Source: Gonapodya sp. JEL0774
Taxonomy: Eukaryota
NCBI GenBank assembly: GCA_027604505.1
Contig: JADIIX010000007.1
Location: 1-64,000, forward strand
Reading direction: 5' to 3'
DNA length: 64,000 nt
Shown one piece after another: positions 33,963-47,631 of the stretch; within the stretch, counting starts at the first letter, position 1, and each line of letters begins with the position of its first letter. A program made the position numbers and the translations under genes. Under the pieces are notes generated by a model. That model did not search any database. It was not told where the DNA came from and saw only the letters and a program-made list of their open reading frames with translations.

Positions 33963-36869
33963 TTAGAACTGAGTTTTGCGATATTTTCCAATGTCCTTGC
34001 GAGCTGCCCCTTCTATCCTGGCTTGCACTCGTTGAGCAAATGTTAATCCAAAATCTTCCATACCAGAATCGGAGCTGGCATCTAATCCCACAATCTTAGT
34101 GTCTACGTGTGGCTCAGCAGATGCCCGACTTGAAACGCCGAACTCTGATTCAGGAAGCTCTGAGACGGCGTCCTCATAGATCGACGACCCCGATGAAACT
34201 TCAAAACATCGGATGGAAGCAGACGAGGTGACTGACCGCGACGTGGCAGTCGATGCAAAGTCAACAGCCTGAAGACGAGCCAAGCCACGGCGAGTGTAGA
34301 CATCCTTAAGAATCCATTTTCGGGACGCACCAATCTCTAGGGGTTTCGGTTTAACGATATCATCAGTGCTCGCTAGCCGAACTAGGCTCTCGTCAATGTG
34401 GAGCATCGAGACAGCCTCAGTCAACATTTTGACAGCTTCGGGCGATTCGGTTTGATCATGGGGTTCATAATTCTCGACGAGATTGTTGCGGATTGGCATG
34501 ACGACATCACACTGCTGAGAGGAGACAGGAGTGAATATTGACTGGAGAGAACTGTGTTGGTTTGACCGAGGGGTCTTCTGAGGAGGTTTCGGTAACTGCA
34601 CCCCAGGTTTCCCGGAGCCTGACACGTCCAATGAAAGCGCCTCAACCCGGGAGCAGACTTCGTCCAACGTTTCCTCGTTTGAGTCCCCTGAGCTGCACTC
34701 TTCTGCAACTGCAATGGCTCGACTGTCTGATCTCCTATCACACTTTCGCGGAGCCGAAGACAAGATCTCAGCTTGCCCCAAGATAACCCGGCGTCTCCGC
34801 ACGGAAGAGTTCTGCTTCACTGGTGAGTTGCCCTTTTGCCTCAAGATTTCTGCTGCAACAATTCGCTGCATGACAATTTGTCGCCGGACCAAATCCCCCC
34901 ACGTGAAGGGCGCTCGACAGCTTGGGCAAGTACCTGATACTGGCAAAAGGGCTGGAGGTAGGACGGGCAGAGGTTTGGCGCTCTTGGGCCCAGAAGGTTT
35001 CGATTTCAAAGACCCCCCTCCAGAATGATCCGCCAGAATCTGAATTGAGGGACCAATCGACTGATGGGAATTGACTACATCTAATCGTGACCATGCTTCG
35101 TTATCGTCCTCGCGCGGCACATGCAGGAACCATTTTGCAAGACAAGGAGAGTGAGCAATGCACGAACACTGAGGATAAAGGGGACACATGATGTAGCCAT
35201 TAGGTGCCTTTTTAGGAATAAAGGAGGGAAGGAGGAAATTCAATGCCACCTTCCGACCCATTTGTTTTCTTGCAATAGGGCGAACCTACCCGCAGGTCAA
35301 CCTCCTCCCAGCATATGGTGCATTCAAAATACCTCCACGATTCCTTTGATCCATTCAACTTGCATCGATATAGCAAATCCTCGAACGCGTCTGCAATGTC
35401 CGATTCGAGGAGGTCTGCCAAGTGTGAGAATGAAAGCGTTGGGGGGTTACGGAGCGCACTAAGGTGAACTGAAAGGAAATACATACCTTGCCTCCGTTTA
35501 CCCTCGTCACCAGTCCACGGCCACGGCCATATCTCGACAGCGTTGCGCAGCTGCTCTCCATTACCTGAACCCACTGCTCCTCCCCATTGACCCAGTTCGA
35601 GCCAGGTACCCCAAGTCACCCTAACATGCCGTGGAAGAGGCCAGCAGCCAGCTTCAGTCCAGAGAGATCCGATCGTCTCAGGCTGTAAGATGTGGATAGC
35701 AAGGGGCCAGCGGGACCACTGAGGGAGGTGGAGGGAGACAGACAGTGCGAGCAACTTCTGGGACAAACTGGAATGCCGATATGTGAAGACAGGGGTGGAG
35801 GTGGGTAGGCCCAATGGCGACAAAACTGAATTGATAGGTTGCTGTTTGAAATGACGCGAAGCTTCTGGATGCTGCCACGCCCATTCGTACTGTTCGGAAG
35901 ATTGGTTGGAGAAGTCGGTCACCCGACTACAAAGATACCCGACATCTAGAAATACCTGTAATGCAGCGTACTTGTTTGGAAATCCATGAACGAAGAGTAA
36001 CATTTCCCTGATCGGAGTACAACTAATTGGGAACACGCAACAGGAGACATCTGCAATGCTCGTGACCAACCATGGTCTCTTCCTCTTAGTCTTTTTGGCA
36101 CCTCCTTCTATTATTCCATTGTGTTGTCGGATGCGGCGGTGAGGATCTGGGGTGGAGCCAATGTACACGTTGTTCCGAGTTTTGAACTCGTGGTGCAGAG
36201 AACGAAGGAGATAGCAAGCGTAGAACGAAGCGGGTGCTGCTAGATACACGAAGTGGTCATGAATATACAGTGCAGCGAACAAAACCCAAAGTGTGGACAT
36301 CGCAGACTTTGCATACCTGACCGAATGTCTGCGGAGGTGGTCGCCCTGTCCCAGTCTTCATTCGTAGCCTCTTCAGATGCGTTGTTTTCATCCACATAAT
36401 TTTCATCTCCAACGCCGTCGTCGGATTCGGATTCCGGCAAGAGAAAGTGCAGTTGCTGTTTTGAAGCGCCCTTTCTCTGAAGAGCCTCAATCGAAGAGCT
36501 CGAGTCCGAATCGGAGTTCGTGGGTTCAGAAAGGGTGGAGAAGCAAGCAGCTGAGCTTTTCGACGAGGCAACGTCTTTACCATCAGGGTGGACAGGATAG
36601 CCGTGACGACGTGCGGCCAAGCGACCATGTCCATCCAATGGCTTGGCTGCACGTCCTCTTACAACTCTGTGATTCTCCTTCTTTCCCGTTTCCGTTTTGC
36701 CGCTCGTTTCCGGCTTCTTCCCCCCGTGACCTCTTCCTCCACCACGTCCTCTTCCATTTCCTCGACATCGACCCCGTCCCCACCATGCGCTCCCCCGCGC
36801 GGGTCGTATCGCTAGATCGGGTAGTGCAGCGATGATTTTGTCAATTTCTGAGTCTGAGTCTGAGACCAT
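33963..36869 (-). CDS. SLX1: Structure-specific endonuclease SLX1 (GIY-YIG domain plus C-terminal zinc finger) with N- and C-terminal extensions
   Basis: FYACYLLRS...[17 protein letters not shown]...GGAKKT...[27 protein letters not shown]...C...[11 protein letters not shown]...[11 protein letters not shown]...WGDLVR. Confidence 0.93.
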
Positions 36870-37022
36870 CCTCGTAGGCGGTGGGGTTGTGCACATCAAC
36901 AACCAAATGCGAAGATCGCACCATCCAAGGAAGGCGGTTGTTCCTCCCCGCGCCATATATAAAAGGCAACGGACAACATCGAGTTTCGACAAGCTGGTTC
37001 TTTTTCCGTTTTACAAAAGTCC

Positions 37023-40000
37023 CTACTGCTTCACATCCTTCGGAATCTCGCCCTCATCTTCCAACACGAGAATGTGTCTTCCTTCAGATACCTGATCTCC
37101 GACTTTGAAGTTCACTTTTTTCACGACACCGCTGTGAGGGGCACGAAGGACGTGCTACAAGCAGGGATTGTGAGTCACATGCTCCTTCTGCCTAACCTCC
37201 ATTCGATCCTTACCTCCATTTTCATGGCCTCCAACACAACCAATGTTGATCCCTTTTCTATCTTGTCTCCTTCCTTCACGGAAATTGATATGATCCTGCA
37301 CGGCATTGGTGCCTTGACGCTCCCAGCAGCCTCCATCTTGTGTGCGTTTCCCAAATACTCCGGAACGGGTAAGGAGAACTGGTAGCTGTTTCCGTTCACA
37401 AACACCGTCGCTGAGCCCTCGGATTCGCCCTCAGGTATGACAACGGCTGTGCAGGTGAGAATCCGGGAAACTTCGGTGGGGTTTGAGGGCTGGAAGTCCA
37501 GAGTCATCTGAGTGGTGAATGCAGAGACCGCAGTGGAGATTGCAGTTGTGGTTGTGGTTCGTGAAATAATGGTGACTCGGGGCACCACTGTAACCGGCTC
37601 CTTGGAAGACTGATAGAACATCTATAAACACCCAACCGCGTCACATTTTAAAGAGCAAAACGCCAAAATTTGAGACGTCGCCGAACCTTCACAGTGAAGT
37701 CCTCTTGTCCCCCACCGCCAAAGTGGATCTCAGCATGCCCTTTCCTTCTCCCTACATTCTCTAATTCGGGACCCCACCCCATGTCCACTCTCCTGTATCC
37801 AGAATAGTTTACTCCAAATCCTGCATACGCCTTCCACGGATCCTGGTGTCTCTTCTCGGGCAGCGCTCCCTCCGAAGCCAAAATCCCAACTGTAGCTGCA
37901 ACTACATGTTCCATGTCGGGCAACTCGTTGGGAGGAGGGAGTAAGTCGGCCTTATGAGCAGAAATGAACCCAGTATCCAAATCCGCGTCAATAAAACCCG
38001 AGTTCCGGCACAGGCGCCTCAAGAATTCGACATTAGTCCCGGGTCCCACCACCAGTGTTTCTCGTAGGGCATCCTCCATTCGACGTAATGCTTCATCCCG
38101 ATCACGACCCCACGTGACAAGCTTTGCGATCATGGGGTCGTAAAAGACGCCCACCGAGTCTCCCTGCTGCACGCCGGTTTCGACGCGGAGATAGGGATTA
38201 GGTTCAGGGAACTTCAGGTGGAAGAGAGGGCCAGGGGAAGGGTAGAAATTGCTTAAAAGGCGAAGAGTTGTCAAGCGTAGAAAAAATGAACCAACTGCAC
38301 ACCATCAATTTTCTCACTTGTCGGGGTCCTCTGCATATATTCGTGTTTCAAACGCGTGCCCTTTCACTTTGATGTCCTCCTGCAGCATCGGCAATGGGTT
38401 TCCAGATGCAACCTGTGACACAACGCAATGACCAATCATCTCCTCAGCGCTCTTTTCTTCTGTCCTCTGTCAGCAACTCACCTCCAATTGCCACTCTACT
38501 AAATCGGTTCCTGTAATCATTTCAGTTACCGGGTGCTCCACCTGCAGCCTCGTGTTCATTTCCATGAAGTAGTAACGCCAATCATCTTCATTTTCGCTCT
38601 TCAAAGAATCTGCATCCAGGATAAACTCAACAGTACCAGCACCACGGTATCCTACGGCGCGTGCTGCGGCAACAGCTGATGTGCCCATCCGCGCGCGAAG
38701 GGCAGCGGGAAGGCTGGGCTATGGACCGAGACACCAATCTGGAATGTTGAAAACCGGCACGTGAGTACCAACTTCGGGCAATCCCGACTTACAGCAGGCG
38801 CCTCTTCGATAACTTTCTGGTGTCGGCGTTGGACCGAGCAGTCGCGCTCAAAAAGGTGAACGACATTGCCGTGTGAGTCGGCGAAAACCTGCAACTCAAC
38901 ATGCCTGTGCTCACAACCCTTCATTAGAGTCCGTGGAAGCGTGGAAGACAAGTGGAACACCTCACCTTGGCTTTGTCAAATATTTCTCCACTAAAACTCT
39001 GCCATCTCCGAAGCTCCTCTGTGCCTCCCTCATGGCACTCTGAAGTTGTCCGTCAAAGTCTGCCTCGCGCTCAACAATCCGCATCCCTTTACCCCCACCG
39101 CCCTTGACCGCCTTGATAATTACAGGAAAGCCAATCTTTTGAGCAGCTGAAAGTAAGGTTGCGGAGTCCTGATCGTCACCATGGTAGCCCGGTACAACAG
39201 GGACGTCGGCGGCCTCCATGAGGTGTTTCGAGGCGCTGAGGTGCACCGGATTCGGTAAAGAGGCGCATTGAATGAGTTGGTTGAGGTCCCCAAAAATAAT
39301 TTCAGCACCTACGATTTGGAACCCATATCTCTGATTGCGCTCGATGGTGGGCCGATAAAAACAAGTCCAGCCTTTGCGATTGTGTCAGCGAAGTCGGCAT
39401 TCTCACTCAAAAATCCGTATCCCGGATGAATAGCCTAAGTTACATGATAGGGTGGCGGTCATCAGATCCGGAGTAATGTTGCCAGCGCGTCACGGTGGCA
39501 CGTACTTGGGCGCCTGACTTCTTACAGACATCAATGATTCTGTCGGCTCGCAGGTAAGACTCGGCGGATGGAGCAGGCCCGATCAGATAAGCTTCATCAG
39601 CCTGCGAATGGGGATATTCGGCATTACCTTTAACAACAGACGCACTTGCTGTTACGACGCACCAGCTTGACATGCATAGAGTCTTTGTCAGCTTCCGAGT
39701 AAACCGCTACGGTCCTCACACCCAGCCTGCGGCAGGTGCGAATAACCCGACAGGCGATTTCGCCTCGGTTTGCAATGAGAATTTTGGTGAACAGAGACTT
39801 GCGAGTTGTGATTCCGCGAGCGGGCTGTGAGGGCGCACTCCCTGCAGATACTGCGTGAACAGCAAAGGTTAGTGAAGGGGAACAAGACAAAGGACGGTAC
39901 CACTTCCCTACCATGAATGTTCGGCGAAGACGAAAACGGGCGAATTTGACTCGATCGCACGATTCGTGCAGTAGAAACAGATTTCGCGTACTTTGAGCGG

Positions 40001-40227
40001 GTTGTAATGTGTGAATCGTTGAGTGATCGGGTTGGAAGGTGGGATGCCCAACGACTTACCTTTTGAACTGATGATTCCACTCTGGCCAGAGAAACCGTCG
40101 TGGAAAAAGTCACATCTGAGCCACCAGATGCAATCTGCGCTGAATGCGTGTGGGGATGGAAAGGTGAGAGCTTTGAAAGCGCCCGCTTCCCACCGACGGC
40201 GCGAGAGACAATGGTCTGGGAGTTCAT
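37023..40227 (-). CDS. MCCC1: Biotin-dependent carboxylase alpha subunit, most likely 3-methylcrotonyl-CoA carboxylase alpha
   Basis: [79 protein letters not shown], biotinylation motif EAMKME. Confidence 0.88.
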
Positions 40228-41283
40228 TCGCTTAAAGAGGATCCAGGAAGCGTACTGCGAGACAGTCTCCAGAGACTTTGCAGAATAAATCGATACAAAG
40301 TTGGGGGACAGGGTGTTATTCGTGACGGTGGGCGGTGTTGGCCCGCGTTGAAGTCTCCCGCACACTCGCTTGGTGACGTGATAGGTGATGCAACACTTGC
40401 AAACCACCAGCAACGCAGCAGCACAAGAAAAATTTGCATTCCATCGCTATACTCCTACATCACACACTGCCCTTGACTGTTCCTGCAGACGACCTTAGAG
40501 GGTGGTGCCCCGCAGGCGTCCATGAATGCAAAGTTACTTTGGATTTCTGGCGAATATAGTAAGCGTGCATCGATTCAAATAGATGTGCAACATATATTGG
40601 CGCTCTCTAACAGGGGGCCACAAAAGAAAATCCAGTTCAAACAGATGAAATCAAGTCACCCCAGACGCACTGCATTGTGTGCCTGTATCCATCTCAAAAA
40701 CATAAACTGCATCAATCATCAACAGAAACATTCTAACATATTCGTTTGGGCAAATGGCGAGGAATGGCGGGGGTGGGGGAAGAGGCGGGGATGCGGTTGC
40801 CCGCACTGTTGGGGGCGATGACGCTCCGACTCTCAAAACATATAAGTCACTGAAACATTTGCCAGACATCTTGAAGCACGAGGGTAGCCTGCGATCGACA
40901 AGTGCTGGACTCATCCACACAGTACCGCCACACAGCCCCAAAAGTCCTCTGAGTGGTGTCCGTTGCCAAAGAATCTCGGCGATATAGAGAGACATCCTTC
41001 TTTGATGGCTTATTTTCTGGGATTTGATTGCAGACGCCATCCATCTGTCGCTCCTTTCTGTCAAAACACATAAAACGGTGACCCTCTATCTCTTTCTTTG
41101 AATCCACATAAACTCCTCGAGGGTATATCCAAGGTGAACAGCGGCTTTGTGTCCCGATGTTGCCCAGTGTGCAGAGGTATGGTACGTAAAACAGTGGTTA
41201 AAATTATCGGAAATGGAAAAATCGTGGTTGATAGACTTCGCTGAGGCATGCGCCGAAATCTGTGACCCCGCCACACAAATCGC

Positions 41284-44200
41284 CTAACTTCCTTTCTTGA
41301 CGACCTCTCCCTGGCCCTGACCTTGGCCAGAATTAACCATCTGCTTCCTCAGGTCCTTGAGGTCTGCCCCTTGCTGTCCCACCTTCGCGTGTGCTCCTTC
41401 AGACGCCTGTGTCGCCTGTGCAATCACAGCTGAAGCATCTGCGAACAGTTGCTGCAGATTGGCGACGTTGGAAGCCGAAGCTGGTGCGCTCGAGGCAGGT
41501 GAAGAATGCACATTGGTTGTCGGGGCAGTGCCCGGTTGAGGAGTACCGAGCTGTACAAGAAGTTGCTGCTGCTGCTGAAGGATGGCTGCAGCAGCCTGTG
41601 GATTGCTTTGAAACTGTTGCTGGAAGTGGGCTTGAATTCAAACATTCATATTAGTCCAAACCACGACCGGCAGTGGACACAATAAGTTTGGTGTTCTCTG
41701 AAAACTCACAAAAGAGTTGCGCTGCAGCCTTTTGCAGAGCCACTGCGGTCTGCTGCGATGATTGTGTCGCGCTCTTTCCCTCTCCCATTTTTGTAGACCC
41801 GCCGATTCCGCCCTGCATCGGGAGTTTATTCAAACCTGAAGCAGGCGTGCTCCTCGGAGCCTGTCTGGCACCCATAGCCAAACCTCTTCCTGTGCTCGCA
41901 CTACCCATCCGCACAGTTTGCACTCCCGTAACAGTGCCAGTGACAGAACGTGGAGTGGAAATGGTCGGTGACGAAGTGCGAATGGGAGTATCGTCTCCTG
42001 CGGCAATGCCTGAAGCAGGCAGTGGGACAGGAGCCGGTGGAGGAAGGACGAGGGGGTCGTAGCAGGAGGAAAGATCCCACTTGGGTTTCCCATCCTTGTC
42101 GGTGGTGAGCGGAATTTCGTCGGAATGATGGTGTTCCAAATGGTATTTCTGTCGGTGGCCATGACGGAGAGGTGTAAATGAGACTACACGATGCCAACCA
42201 TCTTCTTCTTAGTTCAACTGCACGTACCAGCCCGTTAAGATTCTTGTAACGTTTCCCGCAGGTCTCGATGCAGCATCGGTACGGTTTGTATATGTCAGGA
42301 ACATTTCGTCCCCGTTTGCCGTTTCGGCCTAACAAGCCGGCCGGAATAGTAGATTTGGTGGGGTCAGGGTGTCCGTGAGCCTAATCCCGGAAGATTGCAT
42401 TGTCAGACGATGCCCCAGAAAAGCTCATCACCAATTCTTACTCACCAAATGATACTTCAGGCCCCCTGGATTCTTGTATACTTTGTCACACCCCGCGTGC
42501 GCACAAATATACTTGCGATCCCCCTTCACCCCCTTCACAATACCACGGCCTTCCATAATGTATTCCTCCTCCTCGCCACTTACCATGTTCCTCCTCACCA
42601 CTCTAGCTGCGTGGCGAATATTAGTACCTCCACCTAGGCCGGTTCCAGGACGCATTGGAGACACGTCGACACCAGACCCGTCTACATCCAGCTCATCCTC
42701 GTCCTCTTCCAACAGTTCCTCTTCATCTTCTTCGTCGAAATCCTCCTCATTATCCTCTTCAATGTCTGAGCGGTTCATCTCGGCATCACGACCAACAGGT
42801 GGTTGACGGCGGGAAGTGCTGGAAATGGAGGTGGGCCCGGACCGGAGACCGCCCCGAGCAACTCCGCGGTTTGAAACAGCCGCCTGCACACCTTGACTAC
42901 TACCATTGATTCTCTTCTTGGGCTTTGGAGTTTCTGCGTCGTCCTCCATCATGAACTCTTCCTCTTCTTCTTCCACGTCCTCCTCGCCTATCTGCCCCGA
43001 AAATGAATCCTCCCATCCTTCCTCCCACCCTTCTTCGAACTCATCATCATCATCCTCTTCATCAACCACTATCCGCGGGCTCCCTGCCCTCCTCCTTTCC
43101 GACCTCCGTGTAGGCACAACTGCAGGCTCCAATTTTACCGTCCGACTCGAATCTCCAAGCAACCCCCCCGCAGCACCAGCTACCCTCTCGGGACTCGGTG
43201 ACGGTACACCTTGCACCAAAGCCGGTGCAATTCCTAGAGGTGGTGATGGCGGCAATTGCTTTACCGAACCTATACCTTCGACGTCATCGTCCTGATTGTC
43301 GTCGGATGCAACGCCACGGGGCGGAGAAACGCTGTGCCGCTGAGAGGCGACGTGCATGTCACTATCAGAGTCTATGTGTGCATCTGAATCGTGGCCAGGC
43401 ACAAGCTGCCCAAGAGTTCGATGGAGAAACCCAGAATTCGAACGTATAGCGTTGGGGTGCTCGTGGTGAGGGTGACGGCTGTGGTGGGAAGGATGGTGCG
43501 ATGAATGTGGGTGCGAGTGTCGACCATGCAATTGGGTCTGGGCGATCGTTGTTGGAACATACGGAGGGACGTGGCGGTCGGGAGGGGAAGGTGTGTGGTG
43601 CAACTCTTCTGGGCTGCTTGGTTGAGACGAGTTCATCGAATAGATGCAAAGTTGTGTGAGTGAATGCCGGTGAGATTGGGTGAAACGCCGTTCACCAAAA
43701 CTCACGTTACATCACCCATCTCCGCTGACCCAAAAAACACCACTCCGTCATCCCCGTCAGTTACCATGGAATCATCGTATCCTTCTCCACCATAAACCTT
43801 CCCTTCATCTAATCCCATGTACATGTCATCCCCATCCAAATCCATTTCCACGTCCATGTCCCACATCCCTGAAGCGGCAGCGATTGGCCCTCCATGACTA
43901 GTTCCCGTTGCACGAGCCAAGGCCGCTGCAACAGGGTTCCCGTCATAGCCGCTTTCCATTTGGTGCTGTTCTTCCCAGTGTGTTACAAGTTCGTGAAGAT
44001 CGTTCAGGACAAGTCCACAACATCGAAAATCACGGCAAAATTCAGCCTCAAAGTGGGGGAGGTCTTTGAAAGAGCCATTGGTCAGAGATCGAGCGAGTTC
44101 GCTAGTCGGAGGGAGGGTAGGTGGGGTTGATAAGACCATTCGAACAGTCCAGGAAAATGGAGCACGACGGAAACGTTTAAAGACGTGAGAAGAATATCAA

Positions 44201-45173
44201 AGCGGATAAATAAAGTCCAAATCGCAACACCTCCTTCGGCACATGATATGTTCAATGAGGTGGAAGGCTGCCAAGCCAAACCCGCCAAGACAAACAGCCA
44301 CCCCCAGATTCCATGAAGCGTACTGAGATATAGCAGCCGAGGCAAACAAATCCGACGAGAAGCTCTATCTTTAATTTTAGGATTTCTCCGCGATGTCGGG
44401 AACTGACCCGCATCCGAGATGATAAGCGCCATCCGCGATTCCGCGTAACTCCAGAGAAAGAACCTGGGAACAACACAAGCTTCTGATAGAGAATTGACTT
44501 TGCTCAAGTCCTTCGGCGTATCCGTCCCACGGTTATCGGGAACATTTCTCAGCGCACCCTCTTCTCCACCGCGAGTGACGGTGGTCCTCCTACAAATCGC
44601 GAAAGGAAGCATCGTACGGTGTTGATTTGTACATCCGTTTTAAGGTGGGCCTCGAACATAAGGCAACCAACTCGGTGTCGAACATCGGACCCTCAGGCGA
44701 TGAGTGCACTACCCTATGAAAAGCAGCATCTGCCATAGTAGAGGAGCTCCCTTTCTTCTCAGTCCACCATCCCGAAAACGAGCAGCAACCACACTAATAC
44801 CAAACCGGCACTAGTAATTTTCCACTCTCATCGAAACTCACCCGAAAAACTGCTGTCCCGTTGTACTATGCTTATAGCCATTGAAGCTGGTACCAAGAGA
44901 GTTCTTCCAGCTAGAGCCCGCGTTATTCGCAGCTGCATAGTGCCCCAGTGATGTGGCACCAGATCCGGACATTCTGCGGGCATACGACGGATTAGCCGAT
45001 AGTCGGCGAGCACCTGGAAATCTGGCATTAGAGGCGCCGTTCTGTATCTCTACTGCGGCGGATCCCGACGAGAGGGGGACAGTTGTCGCACCAGGAGGAA
45101 GTGGGTACTGGTAGGGTGGAGTTGAGTAGAATTGATGGTGGGAGAAAGCAGATGCAGTCACTGTAGCGGACAT
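41284..45173 (-). CDS. SFP1: Sfp1-like split C2H2 zinc-finger transcription factor
   Basis: FEAEFCRDFRCCGLVLNDLHELVTHWEEQH; KYICAHAGCDKVYKNPGGLKYH; KPYRCCIETCGKRYKNLNGL-KYH. The first exon 44838-45173 is inferred, and there is a long acidic linker. Confidence 0.85.
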
Positions 45174-47631
45174 AGCTTGTAAGGTGCGAAGATGGACGGT
45201 GGAAGTCGATGGGACTGAAGGAAGCCCCCCGCAGATACAGATACAGTTGACAGGTGCGTCGGAAGGTGCTTTCCTTCAGGATCTCCGGCAGGAGCAGAAG
45301 GGCTCGATGATCTTCTTTTACACACGCAGTGATAGAACTTCTTCCAAGTTCGCCTCCGCCTGTTCCTGTGTTGTGTCGTGGTGAATTGGTGGATTCGGAT
45401 CCTCTGCCCGCCACCCTCCAAAGCCGTTCACAGCTGCCCAAGCAAGCACGCTCCCTCTTTCCTGTGATATTTTCCCCGAGCTGGCCACTTATGCTCTTTC
45501 GTTGGCGTTGCTGGTGATGCGTCAAATGCCTCTGAGCCGGTGGTTTGTGGAACAAGGCCCTTCGAGTACCGTCCTAATATTTGGGTCCTGCTCTCTTCAA
45601 TCCGAAGTTTTCTCACTCCGAACCCTCTTACGCCCAGTGAAACGAAAGTTTGCGAGACAGTTTTCAAGTGCGGAGTTATCTCCGGGCGAGGGGGGCTCAG
45701 GACTGGAGTCTCCACAGTTCATACAACAACAGGAATCACATGTTGGCTTTATTGGCAGCTTTAAATTGCACAATCTCAACATCCACTTCAATATTTTCGG
45801 AGGCTCTTCTCCAGCACATCATATTTTGGGTCCCCTCTGTGCGGGGGAGATTTCTGTTCTGCCTTCTGCCGGTTCAACCCTAAAATGCCTCTCCCTTTCC
45901 GGCGGGGACCAGAAGAGATCCAGCGATCCATTTTACGGGGTCACATTGTTCCAGGCAACTGAGCACAAGGAAGCGCTTTGCTTCATAGTACTCTCCGGTC
46001 TCAGGTGATTCCGCGGTGTCTTATCTTCATGGCCCACTCCACACAGTACCAAGCCTCATCGATGAACAGAGAGATCCAAGTGATTCATACTTACTCGTCT
46101 TCAACTTACTTGACCCACGGCCTAAATTAACTCTTCGCAAACTTTCCTCGTAGAATGACAATCAATCAGCGACTGACGAAGAAGGTGCACACAACAAAAT
46201 ACAAATCGTGTTGCTTCACGCAAGGGCCATAATATCAATCAGCCCTCAGCCCGGCGGTCGGCTCACTGAGCGTATTAAGTCTGGGGCTGTGGTCGGAGTT
46301 AAGTCCGCTGTGAGAACGAAACTCACAAAACCGGACATAATAAGTTCCACGACGCTCAGCCAGCGTAATCTCTTCTTTTGGCCGTCAATCGAAAGAGTAA
46401 ACCAGCTCTTGGTTTTTGCGTGCCCCCATTGTCCATCGTGCTCGCTGCCCTCGCTGCGAGTGATCGCATCATAATCCGATGTCGTACCGAATTAATTCAA
46501 CTAATGGGACGGCTCCCGTGGGATCTCCCGAACGCAGGGTATCAAAATGTGACGTTTTCAAAAGAAGAGCTCGCCTGTTCGGGGAAAATCCCACAACTGA
46601 GCCCATTGCAGCCCCCAAAGACCTTCCATATACTGTGTGTCTTGCGTTTTCCAGGGGCTCCCTGCTGTCAGTCTCCGATGTCTTTCGGTGAGATCTTTAC
46701 AAAGCTCTTTAGCGACTGCTTATGCATCCTGTCTACTTGTGTAATTAGTGCAAACACACGAAAATGAGGTATCAAGTAAATGAGAAGAAGCTACGAAGAC
46801 ACTGTGGTATTGTAAGATCACCTTTTGCTACAGACTTTAACAGATGATAAAGTGATTTGAAGACTTTGTCGGGGAACACGTAGACCTGACGTGACTAGAC
46901 GTGACAAAAAGAGGATCTGCGAGGGGAATGAGACTTCGCAGATGCCTCATGAACAATTTCCTCTAATCTCCATGAGTTTTTCGCGCTGCGCGCGCCACCT
47001 AAATTAATGTGCTGCAGCAGTGTTCACGGGGCCAATCAGGAATACTTTGCACCATATAATTGTTCAATTTGTTTAGATTACTGCAGTCACGGACACCAGC
47101 TGTCTCGTGACATCTTCTTGAAGTATTCATCTCAATCCTCGAACTCAATTCATTGCAATGATGACAAATTTGAGTCGCCGCTAAGACCGCTCTGGCCTTT
47201 CACCAACAGCCAAGGGTTTTATCTCCGAGCTCCACGACTCTTTCACTCACGGTGGGCTCGAAATTGCGATTCCTCGTTGAACCTCAGAAAGGTGGCGGAG
47301 CAACACCACTACTCTCTGTGCCTGGGCACAATCCTCAGTTCCAACTCAAAAATATACCGACTTGAGCTGGAGCAGGTTCGGGTTTTTCGTGGGTGACTTT
47401 GATTGAGGATATCTGTGGAGAGCACTGGAGCTCGAGTCGAATCCCCTACGAATCTCGGAGACTGGTTTGGACGTGTAGCAGCAGGACAAAGAGGACTCTT
47501 TCCATTCACCTTATCGGAACAGCACTGTTTTCGTGGCCTACTCTAGCATCGCGTGGGCCTGTGGAATCACGCACCAGCCTCGATACTGTCGGCGTGGACC
47601 ACCTCCAATCTATTTCCCTACTCGGGCAACA

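Noticed and set aside
40640..41280. Extra zinc-finger-like fragments downstream of the Sfp1-like gene
   Set aside because: Cys/His spacing does not complete a C2H2 motif in any frame, so this is more likely 3' UTR or intergenic DNA.
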